From: a virus | Strand: one strand, 5' to 3' | DNA length: 64,000 bases | IMG/VR virus record: IMGVR_UViG_3300042691_020932 | Span: 18,591-82,590 of that record | Shown: positions 1 to 8,143 of the stretch, one piece after another | How the letters are laid out: each line of letters starts with the position of its first letter | How positions within the stretch are numbered: position 1 is the stretch's first letter | Program-made: the position numbers and the translations under genes | The notes under the pieces: generated by a model | Database searches by the model: none | The model's input: only the letters and a program-made list of their open reading frames with translations | What the model was told of the DNA's origin: nothing

Positions 1-1156
1 CATTCATTTGAGATTTAAATCCTTTGATTGGATCTGGTTTAATTACATCCATAACTTCAATGAAAGTTTTCCCATTTAAGTCTTCTATTGTTTGTTCTGG
101 TACACAATTTGGAACTGCTTTTTTACCCTTCTTTTTCATTCCAACTTGCTTATACCCAGACCAACAATCCTCATCAACTTCATGCTCTCCACTATCAAGG
201 TAATCTGCTGCAGTGTCAATATAATCTGCTGCCTTTGTAATCTTTGATTGGACCCATGCCTCAATATTTCCCTCACCCTTTCCAACTTTTGCTTGCAATC
301 TTTTCACAGCATTCGTAATAGTTTGGAGTTCTCCACGAGCCATAGAGTATTCTTCATCCTTAACAGAAACCTTGTCCCATGCCTTCTCTCCATATGAACA
401 CTGAGATCTTGACTCTCTTTTATCGCACAGTGGGCAATATCTTTCTTCTTCTTTCACGATTTCCTCCGATTTGGTTCCCCAGTTTGCAGCACCAACTTTG
501 CGACATTTCACAAGTGCCCCAGATGCATATGCACTAGGCCAGACGGAGTATCTTGACTTTACTTTATTGTAGCAAGCATCCTTTTCGCCACTACCTTTAC
601 CTGGTTTGTCCTTTACTTCTTGTAAGTCCATTTCTTCAGTTCTAACATTTGTTGGTTTTGCCCCACTAGATTTCTGTGGTTGATTTGGGTCTTGAATATT
701 CTTTCTACGTCTTGCTGCTTCTTCCTCACCTGCCGAAAGTGACCTTTTCATTTTAGAACTTCCGCACTTTGGAGTGGAAGTTTGTCCGGGTTGGCGAGCG
801 CATGGTTTACCTGCCCATTTTCCGCCAAGTTGAACCCACCCCTTTTTATTGTCAGATGACTTTGACTTGCCAAACCAATCATGCAAACCTTCATCACCGG
901 ATTTAGTTTCTTCCTTTACATCTTTAAATTTTTTATGATGCTTTTTAGCATCTGCCTCCATTTTTTTCAGACGAGTGTAATAGTCTGGTATTTCATCTAG
1001 ATGTTGAAGAGCAATATCCATTGCAAGTTCATGATCTCTTGTATGTTCATGCTCAATAGGTTCTCCCATATCAAGTTGCTTCTGTATGAAAGAAACATCA
1101 AGACGATGCTTCTTTGCAATTTGTTCAACCGTTTTATAGGACTTCAATTTTGGCAT
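1..1156 (-). CDS. Conserved cyanophage hypothetical protein following gp16, with DUF5661-like N-terminus; runs off the window end
   Basis: Manual translation from ATG at 1156: MPKLKSYKTVEQIAKKH...EHEHT...IALQHLDEIPDYYTRLKKME...KDACYNKVKSRYSVWPSAYASGALVKCR; late promoter just upstream. Confidence 0.75.
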   Translation of the reverse strand, partial: MPKLKSYKTVEQIAKKHRLDVSFIQKQLDMGEPIEHEHTRDHELAMDIALQHLDEIPDYYTRLKKMEADAKKHHKKFKDVKEETKSGDEGLHDWFGKSKSSDNKKGWVQLGGKWAGKPCARQPGQTSTPKCGSSKMKRSLSAGEEEAARRRKNIQDPNQPQKSSGAKPTNVRTEEMDLQEVKDKPGKGSGEKDACYNKVKSRYSVWPSAYASGALVKCRKVGAANWGTKSEEIVKEEERYCPLCDKRESRSQCSYGEKAWDKVSVKDEEYSMARGELQTITNAVKRLQAKVGKGEGNIEAWVQSKITKAADYIDTAADYLDSGEHEVDEDCWSGYKQVGMKKKGKKAVPNCVPEQTIEDLNGKTFIEVMDVIKPDPIKGFKSQMN

Positions 1157-1178
1157 TTAACTGCAGAACATCTTTTTA

Positions 1179-1185
1179 TATTTAT
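1179..1185 (-). promoter_or_regulatory. T4-type late promoter (ATAAATA)
   Basis: ATAAATA about 22 nt upstream of ATG at 1156. Confidence 0.6.
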
Positions 1186-1187
1186 TA

Positions 1188-1619
1188 TTATAAATCTCCC
1201 TGAGTCTGCTGCTTCAATAGTTTCGCTAGTTCTGCAGTTGAACCTACAAAAAGAGCATTATTTACTGTAGTTGGACCTTTACCAATCTTTTCCTCTTCAA
1301 TATCTTTAAGTTTCTTTTGAAGATCCATTAACTTATCGGTAGCATCTGCAACATTCTTAATCAACTGACCCGCAACTTCATATGCCCTTGGCATTTCACT
1401 TTCTTGTGCTAATTCTAAAATTCCGTTGATTGCCTCTTGACCTTTTTCTATGATTGAATATAAGTTTCCTCTCGTATATTCATAATCCTTTTTAACATCA
1501 TCCATTGCTGAAGATATTTTTTCAAACTTCTCTACTTCGGATTTATTGTCAATAGGTACTATTTCACTATCAACATTGAAAGCATCGTTCAACTTGTCGA
1601 ATTTTTTTGTCATTTTCAT
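1188..1619 (-). CDS. gp16: Terminase small subunit gp16
   Basis: DYEYTRGNLY...PRAYEVAGQLIK...NNALFVGSTAEL motifs; follows gp15. Confidence 0.93.
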   Translation of the reverse strand: MKMTKKFDKLNDAFNVDSEIVPIDNKSEVEKFEKISSAMDDVKKDYEYTRGNLYSIIEKGQEAINGILELAQESEMPRAYEVAGQLIKNVADATDKLMDLQKKLKDIEEEKIGKGPTTVNNALFVGSTAELAKLLKQQTQGDL

Positions 1620-2617
1620 GCTACACTACCACTGAATCCAAAATCATCTCCTTCTTCTACTAGAGCATTATCTGCATCAGTAATTGATTTAATAGGAGCT
1701 CCTGCTAGATGTGAAGTTATAGTTGTATTATCTTTTCCTCTTTCCACCGTTATTGTATTGCCAGATTTTGCTTTGACATACAACTCTTCTCCTTCCAAGT
1801 CAATATAAGTATCGACCGAGATTGAAGATGCATTATTTACTTCAATTACAAAATCTCCAGTTCCAATATCATTAGTTAAGTTTGTTAAAATAGTTCCAGT
1901 ATAATTTCTAATAGCTCTAGGTTCCGCAGAATATACAATATCTCTAGATGGAGTTGTTGTATAATCTCCAGCAATATATCCAACAGAAGACTTTTTGATA
2001 ATATCCTTGGTTGCGGAGGAAAGTGGTCCAAATAGATATGTTTTTGCAGTAAATCTTAGTGTATAAATCAAAACCCTTCTTGTATTAAAATCACCCTCAT
2101 AATCATCCTGCATCGTAATATTCTCAAGAATTACAGGAATATCTCTTTTTTCATTAATCGTATCAACCAGATTAACTGTCATAGTGTATGCTGGTTGAAA
2201 GTATGGTAAAATTTGCTCTACAATTTGAAGTGCATCGTCATTGAGTTTTGACATAATACTTAATTCAAATTGCATATTATATGGGACGGGTAAATATGCC
2301 TTTTTAATTTCAGTCCCATCTTGTGCTGATTTTTCAGTAAAATATTGAGTAGTTGTGGATTTTCTAGTCGAATCATATGTTAATCCAGTAAATTCAAATG
2401 ACATTCTTGGTAATGTAATTTGAACTGGTTTATTGAGATTTGGTGATTGGTTTAATCTTGCAAGGAATTTTTGAGTTGGCCCATATGCCAAAGGAACTTT
2501 AATTACACTAACTACCTGGTCTGAATTATTTGTATGTCTAATTTCTATATTATTAAATAAAGAACCAAAAGAAATTACAGTCCTTCTTAATATTTCGTTG
2601 TAAAAATATTCAAACAT
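1616..2617 (-). CDS. gp15: Tail sheath stabilizer/completion protein gp15
   Basis: MFEYFYNE..RRTVISFGSLFNNI, VPLAYGP.QKFLARL, LPRMSFE, QIVEQILPYFQP motifs. Confidence 0.93.
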   Translation of the reverse strand: MFEYFYNEILRRTVISFGSLFNNIEIRHTNNSDQVVSVIKVPLAYGPTQKFLARLNQSPNLNKPVQITLPRMSFEFTGLTYDSTRKSTTTQYFTEKSAQDGTEIKKAYLPVPYNMQFELSIMSKLNDDALQIVEQILPYFQPAYTMTVNLVDTINEKRDIPVILENITMQDDYEGDFNTRRVLIYTLRFTAKTYLFGPLSSATKDIIKKSSVGYIAGDYTTTPSRDIVYSAEPRAIRNYTGTILTNLTNDIGTGDFVIEVNNASSISVDTYIDLEGEELYVKAKSGNTITVERGKDNTTITSHLAGAPIKSITDADNALVEEGDDFGFSGSVA

Positions 2618-2660
2618 GATACTGAGTTGTGGTATTACTATTTAACAATCTGTTGAAGAC

Positions 2661-2667
2661 TATTTAT
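2661..2667 (-). promoter_or_regulatory. T4-type late promoter (ATAAATA)
   Basis: In the gp14-gp15 intergenic gap. Confidence 0.6.
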
Positions 2668-2671
2668 CTCT

Positions 2672-4090
2672 TTATGGCATTCCAAATGGATTAACTTCAC
2701 TGAAGTCTATAATTTGATCTGCCTCGTCCTCAATCTCATTATTTGCAGCATACCCATCATCTGCAATTCTAACATAATCATCAACTGTCTTTAAATAGTA
2801 CGATGCACTAGATGCAGATCCTACTATGTTCTCTCCGACAGTGAACTTACCGGTAATTTGAGATACTTGAAGAACTCTGGTCGTAGAGTTCCAAGATTTT
2901 ACTCTTGCAGTTGTACTACTTGATGAACCAACAACAACTTCATTTAAAACAAAGTTTCCTGTAGACGTTAGGATTGGATTTCCTATCGTGATTGTAGGAG
3001 CAATTGTATATCCTGCACCTGCGTTAGTGATGCGAATGGAAGTAATTGAGCCTCCTGTAGAAACAACTGCTGTCGCTGCCGCAGATACTGTAGAAACTCC
3101 AGTGAACGTAATCGTTGGTGGAGTTATATAACCAGAACCACCATTAGTTACTGTAATTATTCCAACAACACCACTTCCTATGGAAGCGATACCAGTAGCT
3201 CCTTTTCCACCACCACCTATAAATCTTACTCCAGGGGCAACTGTATATCCAAATCCGGGGTTTGTAATCTCTACACTTTGTACCGAAGATGCATTTGGTG
3301 AAACATTTTGGTTACATACAACAATATCATCAATCATTAATGCAACTGCAACTGCAGTTTTTCCTCCTGGCGGTGAGGATGATATTCCAACAGTTGGGGT
3401 AATAGTGTATCCCCCACCTCTATTAGTAACTTGAATATATCTAACTCCACCATTAACTACTGATGCCAATGCGGTTGCAGTGACTCCCGCACCAACCATT
3501 GTTAAATTAAACACATTTCCAATAGGATTTTTATCTCCATCAACTGAATCAGTACCACTAACAAGACCATCTATTTCATCAATATCAGTGTCAATAAGTT
3601 CATCCTCATATCTAAACAGTTCGCACTTAAGTTGATATGTATAAAGACCTTGAAGTTGATAAAATGGTTTTTCGTGCTCTACAAATTTAATTTCAAATAA
3701 TCTATTACCCAATGGAAAATAAATTAAATCACCTTCTTTTGGTCTTGATGATAATTTGATATTTGTTTGGTTTTGAATAAGTGGTGAAATATAGTTTTTA
3801 AATCTTTCTCTTGAAATTATCAAATTGACTTCATTTAAAGCCTGAATTCCAAACTTTGAAAGGATTGTTGTGTTGTCACCATATCCTTCATAGTTGTCTA
3901 TGTAAGCTTCTATTGGATATGCATTATTAAATTCAGATTCAATAACTTCTCTAATAACTGTTTTTTCTGTAATAAAACTTCTTGGAATATAATGCACGTC
4001 AATGCCATACATCCTAAGTTGTTCGTTAATCAAGTCCTGGATAAGCCCTTGTTCTGATTTTGAACCTTGCTGAAAAAATGGATTTAACAT
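2672..4090 (-). CDS. gp14: Neck protein gp14, with inserted GxGY beta-repeat region
   Basis: EQ.LIQDLINEQL, RPKEGDLIYFP, LFEIKFVEHEKPFYQL, C-terminal DFSE.NPFG. Confidence 0.92.
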   Translation of the reverse strand: MLNPFFQQGSKSEQGLIQDLINEQLRMYGIDVHYIPRSFITEKTVIREVIESEFNNAYPIEAYIDNYEGYGDNTTILSKFGIQALNEVNLIISRERFKNYISPLIQNQTNIKLSSRPKEGDLIYFPLGNRLFEIKFVEHEKPFYQLQGLYTYQLKCELFRYEDELIDTDIDEIDGLVSGTDSVDGDKNPIGNVFNLTMVGAGVTATALASVVNGGVRYIQVTNRGGGYTITPTVGISSSPPGGKTAVAVALMIDDIVVCNQNVSPNASSVQSVEITNPGFGYTVAPGVRFIGGGGKGATGIASIGSGVVGIITVTNGGSGYITPPTITFTGVSTVSAAATAVVSTGGSITSIRITNAGAGYTIAPTITIGNPILTSTGNFVLNEVVVGSSSSTTARVKSWNSTTRVLQVSQITGKFTVGENIVGSASSASYYLKTVDDYVRIADDGYAANNEIEDEADQIIDFSEVNPFGMP

Positions 4091-4093
4091 ATC

Positions 4094-4948
4094 TTACCCA
4101 ATCATGTCGAATGGTGGAAGTTCGTATGTATTCGACATCTTTTCCATCAAAATATCAATTTCTTTCTGGGCGTCTTCATACATTTGTCTTCCATTTAATT
4201 CAACTCCACCTGGAAGTTTAACACCAGTAAATTTCATCATATTTTGCCCCCACTGTCTCTTAATTAGTGAGGTTAGATATGGTTTTAAGAAAGAATCGTT
4301 CCAGACCCTTGAATAATCATTTGGGTCTAAAGTTGAGTAACAATCAATGATGATAAACTCACCTTCTCTAACCGAAGACCAATCAATATCCAAATATAGT
4401 CTATCTTGTCTTTTGTTGAATCTGATTTGCTTCTGAGTGTTTAGTAAAAAATCCAAGTCTTCCAAGTAAGTTTTAACCATTGCATAACTTAATAACTCAA
4501 CTGCACCCCAATAGTAAACATCATTCAAAAATAGTTGATATTTTACACTAAACATATTATGTGTTATAGTGTTTGCTCCATCAAAAGTAAAAATTTTATT
4601 AATTCCAATTATATTAGGTGGAACTTGAAGATAGTTACTATTCTCATAGTAATTGAAAGTCGTTGAAGTTCCTGAAATATTTGTTGTTACGCTAGTGCTT
4701 GCTATACCAACACCATTTTCTATTCCACCAGAGTGCCCTGCTCTTCCTCTATCAATATCACTCTGAGTTAGTTTGTACTTATAGAATGTTGGATATACCC
4801 CATCAAAATGCCTTTCTTGAAAAAACTGAATAGCATCATCTACCAAATCTTCAATTTGCTCGTCAGCAACGTTTATTTCTAAAACTGGCGCTCCCAGTTT
4901 TCTTTTACAATAATCTATTAATTCTTGTCTAGTAGATGGTTGCGCCAT
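4094..4948 (-). CDS. gp13: Neck protein gp13
   Basis: LIDYC.RKLGAPVLEINV, QWGQN..KF.GV.LPGGV.LNG motifs. Confidence 0.93.
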   Translation of the reverse strand: MAQPSTRQELIDYCKRKLGAPVLEINVADEQIEDLVDDAIQFFQERHFDGVYPTFYKYKLTQSDIDRGRAGHSGGIENGVGIASTSVTTNISGTSTTFNYYENSNYLQVPPNIIGINKIFTFDGANTITHNMFSVKYQLFLNDVYYWGAVELLSYAMVKTYLEDLDFLLNTQKQIRFNKRQDRLYLDIDWSSVREGEFIIIDCYSTLDPNDYSRVWNDSFLKPYLTSLIKRQWGQNMMKFTGVKLPGGVELNGRQMYEDAQKEIDILMEKMSNTYELPPFDMIG

Positions 4949-4965
4949 TATTCAGTCTTTTTAAA

Positions 4966-4972
4966 TATTTAT
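4966..4972 (-). promoter_or_regulatory. T4-type late promoter (ATAAATA)
   Basis: Directly upstream of the gp13 start. Confidence 0.6.
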
Positions 4973-4979
4973 GAATATG

Positions 4980-5147
4980 CTAAACCCATTTTGAAACAAC
5001 TTCTTGTTGCTTCAAATATAACTTTATGTACGATTTTGAATATTCTTTAAGAGTTTCTAAATCATTAATACTATCAATATCTCTAGCAAGTTTTTCATAT
5101 TCAAACATTTTATTGATGTCCTCTAAGACTATTTTATTTGGATCCAT
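4980..5147 (-). CDS. 55-aa NblA-like (phycobilisome degradation adaptor-like) protein
   Basis: Not in the ORF track. Manual translation MDPNKIVLEDINKMFEYEKLARDIDSINDLETLKEYSKSYIKLYLKQQEVVSKWV; size and helix-loop-helix pattern resemble NblA. Confidence 0.5.
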   Translation of the reverse strand: MDPNKIVLEDINKMFEYEKLARDIDSINDLETLKEYSKSYIKLYLKQQEVVSKWV

Positions 5148-5361
5148 CAATTAAACTCCTTAGTAAATTTTTAATGTCAGTTAAATCATCTTTCATATCA
5201 CTCACATCAGATTCTAACTTTTTTACGCGATTTGCCTCATTTTCTTTTATCTGTTTCAATTTCATATAATTATTGTATTCTTTCATATCAATGTTTAAAA
5301 TTGCTTGTGTATTTTGATCTCTAACCAAATTATTATAATCTTTTACTTTAAGGTAGTCCAT
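5134..5361 (-). CDS. Small conserved hypothetical protein with C-terminal coiled coil
   Basis: LVRD..T.AI.N motif; follows the VrlC-like gene. Confidence 0.75.
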   Translation of the reverse strand: MDYLKVKDYNNLVRDQNTQAILNIDMKEYNNYMKLKQIKENEANRVKKLESDVSDMKDDLTDIKNLLRSLIDGSK

Positions 5362-5362
5362 A

Positions 5363-7867
5363 TCATGCTAAACAAATAACTCTCAAATCTTTTACTCTTG
5401 GGGGGAAAGCTTGATTTGTGCCAGCACCTATTAATTTAATGCTAACATATTTAAAAGAAGGTAATTTTGAAATACTGAATTCATGATCTTTAAAAACAAG
5501 TTCATGACTTTCATATCCAAGAACATCTGTTTTTTGAACTTTTTCATCTGAAGTTCCATCACTGGATGCTCTAAAAAGATCGATATCAGAGGCAAATCTG
5601 TTAGAATAACCTGGGAAAGGATAATAAATCAATTCTTCATTAGGATTATTTTTGATAGCATATAAACATCTTAAATCACTGTACTCATTAATATATGCAG
5701 AAACTAGAACTTTTATAGAAGTTGCTGGAATTTCTAGTTGAATAGGATTTGTAGCATATACAAATGATGATGGGTCATCATTTAGATTTGAAACTCTATC
5801 ATCAGCTGCGTAGTTTTGGATAGGGTTATTAATTCTATTAGTCACAAAAATCATTGAAGTTCTATCTAAGTCAATAACAGGAGAAATAAATCTATTTGTT
5901 GTTTCTAAAAATAAATTAACTGTTAATGATTTATTTCCGAAAAAGTCGCTACTCGTTTCTAGGAACTGAGTTTCATTTTCTTTAGAACAAATTAATCTTG
6001 GTGAATCGAAATAATTATTTTTATTCAAGTCAATTTCTTCAAATCCCTGGTCTAAGAATGAAGATTCTAAACCATCCACACTTGTTCCGGATACTGTTCT
6101 AACTCTAGCAGAAACATCAGTTCCATTTAAAGTAAGTGCCTGAATTAGTGGTCTTGCAACTTCAAATTGAATATTTTGAGTTGCTGTTATTTTATTTCCA
6201 CCAGTTAGTTTTGTATCATTAATGAATAATTTTGGAAATGAAACTCCTACGCTTCTATCGACTTGTCCTTGTGGTAACGCTGCCGTTTTTCCTGATGAAG
6301 ATGTGTCAATCTTTATTGTATAATAATCAAAATCTATAGAATCTGTAATCGTAGAATCCTGAAGTGTATGTGTTTTATTGATTCTTCGCAGAGAGATTCC
6401 ATTTAATTCATATTTAAATACTTGAGTTCCTGCAGTATAACTAAAAGCATTAGTTTGATCTATTTCTCTTGTTATTCCTGTTAATCTATTTCCAACTATT
6501 CCTTGATATGCAAGAATTTCCCTACCGATCATCAAATATCCAGGATTTGTGCTACTAATACCAACATTCTCAAATATTCCAAAGTTAGTGGTTGAATCTA
6601 CAATAAGATCTGCTGTAGAAGTTTTATCATAATTTCCTTGCAACTTGACTGGTTTAATGTCTGGCAAAACGTCCCTTATTACTACGTTATTTTCTTCAGC
6701 GTGCATTCCATGATTTCTGTGATTTACTTTTATATGTAAACCATCAGATTCGATTTCAATTCCATCAGTTTGAATAAAGACTCCTCCACTATTTAAGAAG
6801 GTCGTTATTCCTGAACTATTAATATACTGGACCGTATTTCCCACACCAGTTACAAAGTCGCCTTGAACGTTATCTAGGATTAATTCGTTTATTCCCGATA
6901 ACGTTTGAACTGACAAGAGCATATTTACACCAATATCATTTTGTCCGAGTTGTGATATTGTAAGTACATCTCCGTCACTATATCCAGTTCCTCCGTTAGA
7001 TATTGTCGCAGCAACTGCTACTCCATCAGTTATTGTTATATCTACAGTTGCATTTTTTCCTTGTCCGGTGATGCTTGTCAAAGCAATGCCAGTATAAACT
7101 AAACTACCTGCAGATGGAGTGTATCCAATTCCTGGATTAATGATCGTTAAGTTTCCAGAAGCAATACCGGCAGAATCTACATAATTGCCTGACGCATTAC
7201 TCCCCAACTGAATAATAGTATTTCCTAATTTTAAATTATTATCTTGAACTGTGCTTCCCAAACCAACTCTAATTCTTTTTGAGTTGAATTCGAGTGGATT
7301 TGGAATCAAAGTTGCAATTTGACCGTTTGCTCTACTTAAATCTGGATTATAAAAATTAAAATCTCCGAAAGCAGTTGTAAAATTAGCTCTATAAAGAGTA
7401 AATTTTAAATCCTCATATCCACTTTCTGTCCAAGTAGATCCATTTTGAGATTTAAACAATCCGCCGGATAATGGTTGTTTAGTAACTAAAACTTGCTTGG
7501 ATTCTAGACCATTTAAACTAGTAACATCAACTTCATTTAATCTAGAAACCCAAAGACTATAAGTTGGTAGATTCGCTAAAACAACTAGTGCATGAAATTT
7601 TTTTCCAGGCAAATATACTGGAGATGGAAAAGTGACTCTAGTTGGTATAGATGCATCGGCGGAAACTTGAATATTTTTGGGGTTAAGTACAACCTCACTA
7701 AAAGGAAAAACTTTTTGTGTTGGTAGACCAAGTTCCATTGGTCTAAGTTGAACTGTAACTGGAAGTTTTTTATCTTTCTCTGCAAAATACAAGTCTACTG
7801 AAGTAACAAAAACTCCGGCATCGTTATCAACATAAAATGATTGAGCTAATGGATCTACAACTTTCAT
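5363..7867 (-). CDS. VrlC/DUF4815-like virion structural protein, C-terminal piece (part 3)
   Basis: Begins at the DPLAQSF motif; FKSQNGSTW, DLKFTLYRA.F, SPVIDL; ends P.VKDLRVICLA. Confidence 0.85.
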   Translation of the reverse strand: MKVVDPLAQSFYVDNDAGVFVTSVDLYFAEKDKKLPVTVQLRPMELGLPTQKVFPFSEVVLNPKNIQVSADASIPTRVTFPSPVYLPGKKFHALVVLANLPTYSLWVSRLNEVDVTSLNGLESKQVLVTKQPLSGGLFKSQNGSTWTESGYEDLKFTLYRANFTTAFGDFNFYNPDLSRANGQIATLIPNPLEFNSKRIRVGLGSTVQDNNLKLGNTIIQLGSNASGNYVDSAGIASGNLTIINPGIGYTPSAGSLVYTGIALTSITGQGKNATVDITITDGVAVAATISNGGTGYSDGDVLTISQLGQNDIGVNMLLSVQTLSGINELILDNVQGDFVTGVGNTVQYINSSGITTFLNSGGVFIQTDGIEIESDGLHIKVNHRNHGMHAEENNVVIRDVLPDIKPVKLQGNYDKTSTADLIVDSTTNFGIFENVGISSTNPGYLMIGREILAYQGIVGNRLTGITREIDQTNAFSYTAGTQVFKYELNGISLRRINKTHTLQDSTITDSIDFDYYTIKIDTSSSGKTAALPQGQVDRSVGVSFPKLFINDTKLTGGNKITATQNIQFEVARPLIQALTLNGTDVSARVRTVSGTSVDGLESSFLDQGFEEIDLNKNNYFDSPRLICSKENETQFLETSSDFFGNKSLTVNLFLETTNRFISPVIDLDRTSMIFVTNRINNPIQNYAADDRVSNLNDDPSSFVYATNPIQLEIPATSIKVLVSAYINEYSDLRCLYAIKNNPNEELIYYPFPGYSNRFASDIDLFRASSDGTSDEKVQKTDVLGYESHELVFKDHEFSISKLPSFKYVSIKLIGAGTNQAFPPRVKDLRVICLA

Positions 7868-7887
7868 TTTCTTGTGATTTTTTTTTA

Positions 7888-8142
7888 TTATTTATTTTGC
7901 TTAAGCAAATCTATTTCCATTTTCAATTCTTTAACCGCCTCTATCAAAACAGGAATCAATTGTTTATAGTCAACTGACAAATATCCACTCTCTTCTACAT
8001 TTACCATCTCAGGAAATTCTTTTTGAAGTTCCTGAGCTATGACACCATATTCAAAACCAGTTTTTCCTGTCAAATCTTTCATTTTGTCGTTCCATTCATA
8101 ATATTTGCCATTGATATTGGATAATTTATTTAAATACTTCAT
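7888..8142 (-). CDS. Peptidase S74 intramolecular chaperone domain, C-terminal half (stand-alone ORF)
   Basis: G..Y.W...G.IAQE....FPE.V......LSVDY..L.PVLIEA.KEL plus terminal coiled coil; lacks the SD.RLK motif. Confidence 0.85.
   Translation of the reverse strand: MKYLNKLSNINGKYYEWNDKMKDLTGKTGFEYGVIAQELQKEFPEMVNVEESGYLSVDYKQLIPVLIEAVKELKMEIDLLKQNK
7889..7895 (-). promoter_or_regulatory. T4-type late promoter (ATAAATA) for VrlC part 3
   Basis: Overlaps the stop of the S74 half-ORF, about 21 nt before ATG 7867. Confidence 0.5.
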
Positions 8143-8143
8143 T

